From an uncultured Chloroflexia bacterium (GTDB lineage: Bacteria > Chloroflexota > Chloroflexia > QHBQ01 > JADMIH01), in NCBI GenBank assembly GCA_963797095.1, contig CAWCNY010000003.1, positions 384,001 to 448,000 of the forward strand: a DNA stretch of 64,000 nucleotides, given 5' to 3'. Position 1 is the stretch's first letter; every line of letters begins with the position of its first letter. Under the pieces are notes generated by a model. The model did no database searches, had not been told where the DNA came from, and saw only the letters and a list, made by a program, of their open reading frames with translations. This document shows, one piece after another, positions 50,848 to 59,828 of this stretch. A program made the position numbers and the translations under genes.

Positions 50848-51390
50848 CGGCGGCGCATGACCGTCTGAACCTGTGCTTTGTATGGTCGACCGGTCGATTT
50901 GTGTTCGCGCACCAGGTCACGCAGCTTCTGCTCGCCGACGATCGGATAGACGACATCACGCACGAGTTCATCCGGGTGCTCAAGGGACACCTCAGCTATC
51001 TGGTAGAGCAAACCGGTCTTGCCTGCGACACGCTTGAAGTCTTCCAGGAGGATCTTGTCGACACGCTGCTCGGCGGTGACACCAATCTTATGTACGAGAC
51101 CAATGAGCAGGTCAATCAGGCTGTCGGTTATCTCGTGGCTTCGCAGCGGGCAGAAAGCTGCAACCAGGGTTACCCGTATGGGGCGGGAATGGCGCCTCAC
51201 CTCTCGGACCGACTCGCTTGCTACTCGATCTCGATAGCGCTGCAACAGTCGGGGCGAGACTCCAGCGAAGAGGTCGGGCAGCAAGCTGGCCGTGATCTGT
51301 CTCAAACGCTGCAATTTGGCGATCTCTCGCAGCATACTGTCCAGCCCAATACGTCCAGGATCAGCCTTGAGGTCCAGGAATGTTACCTGT
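50848..51390 (-). pseudogene. Tn3-family transposase internal fragment
   Basis: LKADPG..GL....EIAKL, EITD.LIDLLI.LVHKI, VRDVVYPIVGE..L; no termini. Confidence 0.75.
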
Positions 51391-51562
51391 CCAGCAGTTC
51401 GTGCAGTTGATGCCGTTTGAGCCGTTCGTTGCTCATCGGACATAGCCAGACTTGGCCCGTTGCTAAGATTCCGACGGAATAGTACAACGCCCCAGATAAC
51501 TGCTCTGTTGTGACGCCCCATGGTGCCAGATAACTACCGGACAACGGGGATCCGGCCTCATC

Positions 51563-51735
51563 GTCGGGTAAGGAGACGGCGTTGCCGCCGCCTCCTGCCC
51601 TAAGAACTGCTCGTGCTACTTTCGCAGCAAGCAGCTCAAGCCTTTCGCTCGCCCCTTTCAGGACGCGGTTTCGCTACCTCTAACCCTTGACTATGCACTT
51701 GCCGGTGGCAGTTGGGATGCACCAACACTCGGTTT
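51563..51735 (-). mobile_element. Second group II intron 3' remnant (173-bp direct repeat of 40726-40898)
   Basis: Near-identical DV/DVI with one mismatch seen; cut exactly at the right TIR. Confidence 0.9.
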
Positions 51736-51899
51736 GCAATCGCCCTGCCTGGCTTGCCCGCTTTTGCAACATTCCATTATGAAATAGACACGAGGGATAC
51801 GGCCACTGCATTATTGACAGGTGGTGGTTAGGGGCTATAATTAGAAAGCTATCTAACTTCCTCGCACAATGGAATTGCGTACCAGATCGGAGTTTAGCT

Positions 51900-54221
51900 A
51901 TGAACAAAACAGCGCGTATCTTACTTTCGGCAATGTCGCTCATAATTGCCGGGTTAATAATATGGCTGGGCCAGCGCACTACAAGCGCCGCCACACCCGA
52001 TGCCATTACCCTCACCAACCCAGCACCCAACACTACAATCCCCGAATCGGATGACTACGCTACACAGGTCCTCAACGACCCCTGGGACATGAACAACCTG
52101 AACGACGTGGATCAGCCATACCATGTGACCAATTGGGGCGTGGATAACGGCATCTGGTCGGGCACCACCACAGGACCTGCCAACACAGCATCTGTCTTCT
52201 TCCAATACCAGAATTACACTACTTCCTACTCCTATCTTGGAGAAGATGACGGCGTCAACAATCCCATCGACTCCAACAGATACAGCAGGCTTCTGGTGCG
52301 CATGTACAGTTCGGCAGACGACCGCTCGGTGGTCTACTTCTTCAAGCATTACACTTATACACCCGCCGGCAACTCTAACATCATACCAGTCTCGGCAGGC
52401 TGGCACATCTACTCGGTCGATTTGCGCGCAACCGGGGGCGGAGGCAGCGGTACCTGGACCGGCAATGGCCCCTATGAGGGCTTCCGCTTCGATCCTCCCT
52501 CACCTGCCGCCGGCACTCAGGTGCAACTTGACTGGGCGCGCCTCACCCCCGACCAGGGCACTCCCGTTCGCATTACATGGACCGCCTCTGGAGGCGGCAA
52601 CGTCAATCTCTACCTGAGCTACAGCTCCACAGCCAACGACGACAATGAATACCTGATAGCCACCACATCATCAACAGCAGGCGCGTATACGTGGTATACC
52701 ACCGGAATGACCCCAGGCTCCTACTACATCCACGCCGAGTTGAACGGCTCATGGAGCTCAATCGGCCCGTTGATTGTAGGCCAGGCCCCTCTGGTGCGCA
52801 TAGATGCCCCGGGCCCGCTATCCGGCGAAGAGTACGCGTACGCTGTCAAAGCCGCAGGCTGGGATGGCAACTATCCCAACCAGTTTGAAGCTGTTTCCCA
52901 TATCAACAACCTTACCTTTGCGGCCGACGGCATCAGGGGAGTACCTGCCACCGGCGATCCCCAGATGTACTGGCTGAACCGTGATTTGTCCAACCCCATC
53001 GACGCCAGTAAGTATCACTACTTCAACATCAGGTTCTTGCTCAGTCCACCCGCGGTACGACCGTACTCGCCGTACAACGCAGGTACTCGCCTCCTGTGGA
53101 GCACAAGCAATAACAACGTCATCACCACCAAGATCATCCTCGCACCTTACAACAGATGGATCGACGCCGCCTATGATTTGCGCCAGATCCAACAAGCCAA
53201 CGGCAACCCAAGCAACTGGGGAGGCACCATAACTACTTTCAGATTCGATCCTCTTGAAGAAGACGACCTTTACGGCGAGCCTACCGCTTTGCCTGCGGGC
53301 TTCTGGATTCAGGAGGCCCACCTCACAGCCGACCCTGTGGCGGGCTATATAGGCGGCCCCTCAAGCGGGCTGGTGGGCACGCTGATCAGATGGACTCCCC
53401 TGCAAGGTACAGGTACGCTCAACATCTATGGCGAAGCTGCCAGCAACGGCGCTAGCGATCAGAAAGGCTCCAGTCCTGAGGCATTCCTCATCGCCAGCAA
53501 CGTCCCGATGGAGCAGGGCCAGTACCTGTGGGATGCCAGCAATATAGCTCCCGGCACCTACCGAATATATGCCGATGTCAGCAATGGCAGAAACGCCAGC
53601 CGCGCCAACGCCCTTGCACCCATCGTAGTCAACCGCCAGCAGCCCGCCAGCCTCTTCAACGATGTGCCAAGCAACCTGTGGGCCGTGGACTTTATCAGCC
53701 GTCTGGCCCGGCTCGGTATCATCGGTGGCAACCGGCAGCCCGATACGACAATCCTCTTCAAGCCTAACAGCACGGCTACCCGCGCCCAGTTGAGCAAGAT
53801 GGTGGTGCTGGCTGCCGGCTGGACCCTCCTTAACCCAACCACGCCTACCTTCAGAGACGTAGCGCGGGGCAGCACCTTCTACCAGTATGTTGAGACGGCA
53901 GCTAACCACGGCGTTATCAATGGTTACGATTGCGGCGGCGCCGGCGAGCCTTGCCCCGGTCGCTACTTCCGACCTGGCAATAACGTCACCCGCGCCCAAA
54001 CAACCAAGATGGTTGCGATCGCGTTTAATTTCCCCGATAACACCTCAGGTGGTCCTCACTTCAACGACGTAGCCCCAGGTTCAACCTTCTACAACACCGT
54101 CGAAACTCTGTATAACCTGGGCATCATCAACGGCTATGATGATGGTTCATTCCGCCCCAACAACAACGTCACCCGCGCCCAGTTGAGCAAGATGATCTCG
54201 CTGTCTCTGGATGTGCACTAA
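51900..54221 (+). CDS. Secreted S-layer homology (SLH) domain protein
   Basis: Signal peptide; three FxDV...G..G...F.P....TRAQ..KM repeats. Confidence 0.9.
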   Translation: MNKTARILLSAMSLIIAGLIIWLGQRTTSAATPDAITLTNPAPNTTIPESDDYATQVLNDPWDMNNLNDVDQPYHVTNWGVDNGIWSGTTTGPANTASVFFQYQNYTTSYSYLGEDDGVNNPIDSNRYSRLLVRMYSSADDRSVVYFFKHYTYTPAGNSNIIPVSAGWHIYSVDLRATGGGGSGTWTGNGPYEGFRFDPPSPAAGTQVQLDWARLTPDQGTPVRITWTASGGGNVNLYLSYSSTANDDNEYLIATTSSTAGAYTWYTTGMTPGSYYIHAELNGSWSSIGPLIVGQAPLVRIDAPGPLSGEEYAYAVKAAGWDGNYPNQFEAVSHINNLTFAADGIRGVPATGDPQMYWLNRDLSNPIDASKYHYFNIRFLLSPPAVRPYSPYNAGTRLLWSTSNNNVITTKIILAPYNRWIDAAYDLRQIQQANGNPSNWGGTITTFRFDPLEEDDLYGEPTALPAGFWIQEAHLTADPVAGYIGGPSSGLVGTLIRWTPLQGTGTLNIYGEAASNGASDQKGSSPEAFLIASNVPMEQGQYLWDASNIAPGTYRIYADVSNGRNASRANALAPIVVNRQQPASLFNDVPSNLWAVDFISRLARLGIIGGNRQPDTTILFKPNSTATRAQLSKMVVLAAGWTLLNPTTPTFRDVARGSTFYQYVETAANHGVINGYDCGGAGEPCPGRYFRPGNNVTRAQTTKMVAIAFNFPDNTSGGPHFNDVAPGSTFYNTVETLYNLGIINGYDDGSFRPNNNVTRAQLSKMISLSLDVH

Positions 54222-54233
54222 TCGAAACTCCGT

Positions 54234-54273
54234 AATAACAAGAGGCCAGCCACACAGCTGGCCTCTTGTTATT
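54234..54273. terminator. Rho-independent terminator
   Basis: AATAACAAGAGGCCAGC / GCTGGCCTCTTGTTATT stem. Confidence 0.8.
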
Positions 54274-54299
54274 CTACCTCCTGATCTCAATGCGTCTTG

Positions 54300-54334
54300 C
54301 GATGTATTGACAAACATCGATATAGTGCTATAAT
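54300..54334 (+). promoter_or_regulatory. ars promoter with overlapping operator; arsR probably leaderless
   Basis: TTGACA-N16-TATAAT with TG extension; CGATGT/ACATCG dyad over the -35; ATG lies 6 nt after the -10. Confidence 0.75.
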
Positions 54335-54340
54335 AGGCAC

Positions 54341-54712
54341 ATGGCAAGCGTAAAATCACAGCTAGACCCCCAAAGCATCATCCCTCTAGCTCAGGTGGAT
54401 AGTTGCTGCGTGGCTCCCGTCCGGATCGACACCGCCGAATTGGCCCCGCAGGTCAAGCTTCTCTCGGCCCTTGCCGACCCTACCCGCCTCGGTATCGTTG
54501 CTATGCTCTCCAAGTGTGATGAACCCTTGTGTGTATGCGAGATCGTAGACGGCTTCAACCTGGGCCAGCCTACCATCTCACACCATCTGAGATTACTTCG
54601 CGAGGCTGGGCTCATCGACTGCGAAAAGCGCGGCCTGTGGGTCCATTATTGGCTCAAGCGAGAGGCATTGCAGGAGATCGCAGGCTACCTGACCGGCCTC
54701 TCCTCCCCCTAA
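54341..54712 (+). CDS. arsR: ArsR repressor
   Basis: N-terminal CC, ALADPTRL, LCVCEI, SHHLRLLREAGLI. Confidence 0.93.
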   Translation: MASVKSQLDPQSIIPLAQVDSCCVAPVRIDTAELAPQVKLLSALADPTRLGIVAMLSKCDEPLCVCEIVDGFNLGQPTISHHLRLLREAGLIDCEKRGLWVHYWLKREALQEIAGYLTGLSSP

Positions 54713-54772
54713 CCCTACGCTCTCTTTTTTTGCCCAGTAAATCGAAAAACTTCAATATAGGAGGCGATCAAA

Positions 54773-55651
54773 ATGACTAATGTGCAATGGATGGACAAAC
54801 AAGCGATAAGAGAACAGGTCAGAGAGCGCTACAGCGAGGCCGCACGCCGGGTGACCGCCGGTGAAGGCGGGTGCTGTGGAGCAGACGATGGCTGTTGCTC
54901 CACAAGCGCCGGCATAAGTGCCAGTGCCATTACCTCCAATCTCTATACAAGCGAAGAAGCAGGACAGGTGCCCGTCGAGGCCTTCCTAGCCTCCCTCGGC
55001 TGCGGCAACCCCACCGCCCTCGCCCGCCTCAACCCCGGCGAAACCGTGCTAGACCTCGGCTCAGGCGGCGGTATCGACGTACTCCTGTCGGCCCGCCGTG
55101 TGGGCCCCACAGGTTTCGCCTACGGCCTCGATATGACCGACGAAATGCTGGCCCTCGCCGAAAAGAATCGCCAGGAAGCAGGAGTAACAAACGTCCAGTT
55201 CCTCAAAGGCTACATCGAAAGCATCCCTCTGCCCGACAACTCGGTAGACGTGATTATCTCCAACTGCGTGATCAACCTCGCCGCCGACAAGCGCCCTGTC
55301 CTGCGCGAGGCGTTCCGCGTTCTCAAGCCCGGTGGGCGATTCGCGGTGTCCGACGTTGTGGTGCAAGGCAGCGCCCCCGAGTCGATAGTCAAAAGCATGG
55401 AAATGTGGACAGGGTGCATCGCGGGCGCCCTCCACGAGGACGAATACAAACGCTTACTGGCCGAATCGGGTTTCACCGGCATCGGCATAGAGGTCACACG
55501 CCGCTACTCAACCGACGATATGGAGGGCTGGAGCAACAACGAAGATGCCTGTTGCGGCGGCCCAGCCATCTCTCTCAGCAGCGCCGACCTTGAGAAAGCC
55601 GGGGGCCTCTTCGTCAGCGCCTTCGTTCGAGCCGTCAAGCCGCTCAAATAG
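54773..55651 (+). CDS. arsM: Arsenite S-adenosylmethionine methyltransferase
   Basis: SLGCGNP, LDLGSGGGID, ISNCVINL, GCIAGAL. Confidence 0.95.
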   Translation: MTNVQWMDKQAIREQVRERYSEAARRVTAGEGGCCGADDGCCSTSAGISASAITSNLYTSEEAGQVPVEAFLASLGCGNPTALARLNPGETVLDLGSGGGIDVLLSARRVGPTGFAYGLDMTDEMLALAEKNRQEAGVTNVQFLKGYIESIPLPDNSVDVIISNCVINLAADKRPVLREAFRVLKPGGRFAVSDVVVQGSAPESIVKSMEMWTGCIAGALHEDEYKRLLAESGFTGIGIEVTRRYSTDDMEGWSNNEDACCGGPAISLSSADLEKAGGLFVSAFVRAVKPLK

Positions 55652-55685
55652 AGCACACAAACGCATTGCAAAGGAGGTGACAACC

Positions 55686-55754
55686 ATGACAACCACCGAC
55701 AAATGCCCATGCCCGTGCGACTGCGATGTATGCGGCCCATGCGATTGCTGCTAG
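55686..55754 (+). CDS. 22-aa cysteine-rich metallothionein-like peptide MTTTDKCPCPCDCDVCGPCDCC
   Basis: RBS AAAGGAGGTG; 8 Cys; lies inside the ars operon; followed by a 14-bp hairpin. Confidence 0.7.
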   Translation: MTTTDKCPCPCDCDVCGPCDCC

Positions 55755-55763
55755 GCCCACTTG

Positions 55764-55803
55764 AGCAGAGAGTCCACTCTGATGCACAGGTGGACTCTCT
55801 GCT
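55764..55803 (+). terminator. 14-bp intra-operonic hairpin (stabiliser or partial terminator)
   Basis: AGCAGAGAGTCCAC / GTGGACTCTCTGCT; no U tail. Confidence 0.65.
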
Positions 55804-55829
55804 AACATACCAGCATCAAAACAAAAGCA

Positions 55830-56384
55830 ATGTCTACATTTCTCACCACAATCGAACCCGCCAATCCAGGCGATCTCCCCGCCATCCTCAACCTGTTGGC
55901 GCAAAGCGGCCTCCCCACCGAAGGTCTCAGCAATCACCTTGATACAACGCTGGTGGCCCGCGAAGGCAACAAGTTGGTGGGTAGTGCAGCCCTCGAAGTT
56001 TACGGCGGCGCCGCCCTCCTGCGCTCGGTCGCCGTTGAGCAACGCCTAAGAGGGCACGGCCTGGGCCATCGCCTGGCACAAGCGGCCCTCACCTACGCCC
56101 GAACTCTTGACATCAAGCATATCTACCTCCTGACCGAAACAGCAGCCGACTTCTTCCCGCGCTTCGGCTTCCACCCGATCACCAGGGCAGACGTGCCCCT
56201 ATCTATCCGCCAATCAGTAGAATTCACAACCGCCTGCCCCGACACCGCCGTAGCAATGACCACCCAACTACAGCAACGGCCAATAAACAACAGAAAGAAC
56301 CAGGAACCCGGAACTCGGAACTCGGAACTACCCCCCACCCCATGCAAGCAAGACCCGCAACCCCCCATGACGCCCAGGCAATAG
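55830..56384 (+). CDS. arsN2: ArsN2-family GNAT acetyltransferase
   Basis: GLP..G, ALLRSVAV, YLLTETA..FF, S.EF..ACP..A; tail extended by a heptamer repeat. Confidence 0.85.
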   Translation: MSTFLTTIEPANPGDLPAILNLLAQSGLPTEGLSNHLDTTLVAREGNKLVGSAALEVYGGAALLRSVAVEQRLRGHGLGHRLAQAALTYARTLDIKHIYLLTETAADFFPRFGFHPITRADVPLSIRQSVEFTTACPDTAVAMTTQLQQRPINNRKNQEPGTRNSELPPTPCKQDPQPPMTPRQ

Positions 56385-56836
56385 CCCGCATCTACAACCA
56401 GGGCATCGAAGACCGCATAGCCACCTTCGAAACCCGCCTCCGTACGGCTGACGACATCCTCTCCTGGTTCGACGGCGTCCACCCTATCACCGTAGTCGAA
56501 GACAACGGCGAAGTGATTGCTTTTGCCTCCACTTCCACCTACCGCCCGCGAGATTGCTATGCAGGCATCGCCGAGTACTCCTTCTACGTGGCCCGCGAGC
56601 ACCGTGGACGGGGAGCTGGAGGCCTAGTCCTCCAAAGCCTGATCGAAGCGGCCGAGCAAGCCGGGTTCTGGAAGCTCGTGTCACGAATCTTCCCCGAGAA
56701 CAAAGCCAGCCTGCACCTCTCCCGCAGCCTCGGCTTCCGCGAGGTCGGCATCTACGAAAAACACGGCAAGCTCGATGGCACCTGGCGCGACGTAGTGATC
56801 GTAGAACTCCTACTTGACAACAACCTGACCTCATGA
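56342..56836 (+). CDS. arsN1: ArsN1 (arsinothricin/phosphinothricin-type) N-acetyltransferase
   Basis: IYNQGIEDRIATFET, YRPRDCYAGIAE, WKLVSRIFPEN, HGKLDG.WRDV. Confidence 0.88.
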   Translation: MQARPATPHDAQAIARIYNQGIEDRIATFETRLRTADDILSWFDGVHPITVVEDNGEVIAFASTSTYRPRDCYAGIAEYSFYVAREHRGRGAGGLVLQSLIEAAEQAGFWKLVSRIFPENKASLHLSRSLGFREVGIYEKHGKLDGTWRDVVIVELLLDNNLTS

Positions 56837-56870
56837 TATACTTCAAATTAGATTGATGCAATTTAGTTTG
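56814..56870 (+). promoter_or_regulatory. Internal promoter and dyad operator for arsR-arsC/aquaporin
   Basis: TTGACA-N17-TATACT; CAAATTAGATTG/CAATTTAGTTTG dyad. Confidence 0.7.
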
Positions 56871-56880
56871 GAGGAATATC

Positions 56881-57681
56881 ATGGCTACAACTATCGCTCT
56901 CCATGAGCCACCCACGCTGCTGAAGCTACTCGCCAACGACGTAAGATGGACCGTCCTATCGGCCCTGGCTCGCAGTGATTATCGCGTTCAGGAACTGGCA
57001 GGCATGGTAAGTCAGCCCCTGAATCTCGTCTCGTACCACCTGAAAAAACTGCGCGACGAGCGCTTGGTGCGCGAGCACCGCAGTGGGGCCGACGCCAGGG
57101 ATATCTACTACAGCCTCGATCACCCACGGTTGAACGAGATGTTCTTTGCGGCAGGTCGCGCACTGCACATCTCCGAAAGCGCCCCCGACCCCACCGAAAC
57201 CTCTACGGAACAATCCCAGAGCAAGGACCACAAGTCCCTCAGAGTGCTTTTCCTCTGCACCCACAACAGCGCACGCTCGCAACTGGCCGAGGGCATCCTG
57301 CGCAAAATAGGGGGCGACGAGGTTGAAGTATTCAGCGCTGGCACCGAGCCTTCCAGGGTTCACCCCGACGCGATCCGTGCGGCGGCCAGCATCGGCATCG
57401 ACATTAGCGGCCAAAGATCGAAGCATCTCGATGAATACCGGGACCAGCAATTCGATTATATGGTCACCGTATGCGACCGCGCCCGCGAGTTGTGCCCCAT
57501 CTTCCCCGGCGACCCCGTGAAAATGCACTGGAGCTTCCCCGATCCCGCCGCCATAGAGGACCCTGACAAGCGATACCAGGCCTTCCTCAGAACCGCCTCC
57601 GAGCTACGCATCCGCGCGCAGTACCTCCTGCAAATCATGGAGCACGACCGGCGCGAAAGCGCACACAACGCGCACAAGTGA
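56881..57681 (+). CDS. arsC: ArsR-like HTH fused to a thioredoxin-type (LMW-PTP) arsenate reductase
   Basis: N-terminal wHTH (VSYHLKKL); CTHNSARSQ, TVCD.ARE.CP, HWSFPDP. Confidence 0.88.
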   Translation: MATTIALHEPPTLLKLLANDVRWTVLSALARSDYRVQELAGMVSQPLNLVSYHLKKLRDERLVREHRSGADARDIYYSLDHPRLNEMFFAAGRALHISESAPDPTETSTEQSQSKDHKSLRVLFLCTHNSARSQLAEGILRKIGGDEVEVFSAGTEPSRVHPDAIRAAASIGIDISGQRSKHLDEYRDQQFDYMVTVCDRARELCPIFPGDPVKMHWSFPDPAAIEDPDKRYQAFLRTASELRIRAQYLLQIMEHDRRESAHNAHK

Positions 57682-58346
57682 ACGCCGACCTCTGGAGACG
57701 GGCCGGTGCCGAGTTTGCCGGTACATACGCATTAGTAACAGCAGGATGCGGCGCGATCACGGTCGATTCGCTCACGGGCGCGTTAGGCCACCTGGGCGTG
57801 GCGCTCGTGTTCGGCCTGATCATCACAGTCATGGTCGCCTCAACAGGCCATCTATCGGGCGCGCACTTCAACCCCTCCGTCACTCTCGCTTTCGCCCTCA
57901 TCCGCCACTTCCCCCTGCGCACTGTTCCCCTCTACATCGGCAGCCAGCTTGCCGGGGCCATAGCGGGCGCGCTCACCTTGCAGCTAATCTTCGGGCCGGT
58001 GGCCGCCCTCGGCGCGACCGTTCCAGCAGGCTCGGCCTGGCAAGCCCTGGCCCTCGAAACACTCCTTACCGCCGTCCTGATGTACGTGATCACAGCAGTC
58101 GCCACAGACACACGGGCCGTAGGCGAACTGGCAGCCATAGCCATCGGCGCGACGATTGCCCTCGACGCGCTGTGGGCAGGCCCCATAACCGGTGCCTCCA
58201 TGAACCCCGCCCGATCCCTCGGACCTGCCCTCATCTCAGGAGAGTGGCGCGACCACTGGGTCTATTGGCTAGGTCCAATAGCAGGCGCGATGCTCGGTGC
58301 CGGAGTGTACGGGTTACTCCGTGGCGCGAACAACAATAAGCAATAA
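57678..58346 (+). CDS. MIP family aquaporin/aquaglyceroporin (arsenite channel, AqpS-like)
   Basis: SGAHFNPS and GASMNPARS; located in the ars operon. Confidence 0.9.
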   Translation: MNADLWRRAGAEFAGTYALVTAGCGAITVDSLTGALGHLGVALVFGLIITVMVASTGHLSGAHFNPSVTLAFALIRHFPLRTVPLYIGSQLAGAIAGALTLQLIFGPVAALGATVPAGSAWQALALETLLTAVLMYVITAVATDTRAVGELAAIAIGATIALDALWAGPITGASMNPARSLGPALISGEWRDHWVYWLGPIAGAMLGAGVYGLLRGANNNKQ

Positions 58347-58369
58347 ACCATGATCAAGCGTGACGAAGT

Positions 58370-58506
58370 GTCATCCCGAATCTAAAATTCGGGTTCGCAG
58401 GCGCACAATCTGGTTCTAAAACGAATAAAATCTTGGGGAGGGGTTGGGGTGGGGTCTTTGGTCGTCTCCAATCTGTTTCACGCAAGGATCTAAAATTCGG
58501 GATGAC
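58370..58506. repeat. GTCATCCCGAAT...ATTCGGGATGAC inverted-repeat element enclosing a G-rich tract
   Basis: 12-bp inverted ends; internal GGGGAGGGGTTGGGGTGGGG. Confidence 0.65.
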
Positions 58507-58968
58507 TCATAGACACAACTACCCACCAACCAAACTAACCCACAACAAGGAGACCATTCAAAATCGGAGGCTAGAAGTCTCCTCTCCCACGGGTCCACGA
58601 GTTAGGCCGCTTGCCTCTGTACTTCGATTTCCTCCCTCCCATCCTGCTTCATCTCTGCGTACCATCCGCAGAATGTCTGTCTCAGATCATCATTTTGTAC
58701 CTGCATTCGTACCTGCATCAGCTGGTGCGCTCCTGGTTTGGTCCTGTTCTGGCTACTTGCCCCATCCGCACCTGAAAATGCCTGTCAACGAGCCGAGGAT
58801 GCGATTTCCGCGCACTGCAGGTTATCTGAGTGAATAGTGAATACGACTGCTTGCGCTTGACCGGTGTATAGACAAAGTCTATACTTTATGGTAACCGACC
58901 CCACTGCCTGTACCGTAACTGGCAGGTCAGACAGGTCAGACAGGTCACAGGTGAGAACCTGAGAAACG

Positions 58969-59238
58969 ATGGAGTACCTACGTTTCGAGTGGGGCGAGCA
59001 GAATCTGGAACACATCGCCCGGCACGACGTCGATCCCGATGAAGCAGAGGCCACTATCGATAACTACCCCCTGATCCTACGGACCGCCGACGACAAGTAC
59101 CTGGCCTATGGCCAGACTGACGAGGACCGCTTCCTCCTCGTTGTGTTTATCCGCAAGCCTGGGCAACGTGTTCGGGTGATTACGGCCCGAGAGTTGACAG
59201 AAGGTGAGAAGAAACAATACCGAAGGAGACGCAAATAA
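58969..59238 (+). CDS. BrnT family toxin
   Basis: FEW...N..HI..H.V...E, GQT...R.L.VVF, RVITAR. Confidence 0.88.
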   Translation: MEYLRFEWGEQNLEHIARHDVDPDEAEATIDNYPLILRTADDKYLAYGQTDEDRFLLVVFIRKPGQRVRVITARELTEGEKKQYRRRRK

Positions 59239-59239
59239 G

Positions 59240-59539
59240 ATGCCAAATAGAGTGCCGAAATTGCAATTACCCAGCTTTGCTAATGAGCAGGAAGCCGCCG
59301 AATGGTTTGATGCTCATGATACTGCTCCGTATATGGACCAACTGGAAGAGGTGCAGGAGCAGATCGCTGTGACCCGCTCCAACCCGACCAAAAAACCGGT
59401 AGGGCTGCGGCTTCGCAGTGACTATCTACAGGCGATCAAGCAAGTCGCCCAGAGAAAAGGTATCCCTTATCAAACGCTTATCCAGATGTGGTTGGTGGAG
59501 AAATTGAGGCAAGAAGCTCCGGAGCTGCTCCGGCGATAG
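59240..59539 (+). CDS. BrnA/CopG-like antitoxin
   Basis: P.F..E.E.AEWFD.HD; A..KGIPYQTLI..W. Confidence 0.88.
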   Translation: MPNRVPKLQLPSFANEQEAAEWFDAHDTAPYMDQLEEVQEQIAVTRSNPTKKPVGLRLRSDYLQAIKQVAQRKGIPYQTLIQMWLVEKLRQEAPELLRR

Positions 59540-59722
59540 TGTGGCGCTCATCTCGGTCCATATAGTGGTCCTCACAGCCCTCATCACCCTCACTATGGTT
59601 GCGATTTTCGATTCCACATGCTACAGGGTCGGGCATCTAATCACGGCGCAGCAGATTTGGAGCAGATGTGGAATAGATTTGGAGCTGGAACTTGACATTC
59701 AACATTCGCCAAAAGGTGTTTG

Positions 59723-59805
59723 GTGACAACTCCCCACGGCTAAAGCCGGCGGCTTCTAGGCCGAAACCGGAGATTGTTGCCCCAATCTCAAAATATTCCG
59801 AGCCC
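59723..59805 (-). mobile_element. IS200/IS605 right-end remnant (tnpB 3' end plus omega/reRNA region)
   Basis: Minus strand encodes ARNILRLGQQ, then GAAGCCGCCGGCTTTAGCCGTGGGGAGTTGTCAC. Confidence 0.75.
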
Positions 59806-59828
59806 TAGCAAGTGTAGTTCCGGTGTCT

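Larger units (their letters stand above)
40667..51747. mobile_element. 11-kb composite island with 13-bp terminal inverted repeats and a 10-bp target-site duplication
   Basis: CAGGGCGATTGCA (40667-79) / TGCAATCGCCCTG (51735-47), flanked by CCTGGCTTGC at 40657-66 and 51748-57. Confidence 0.8.
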
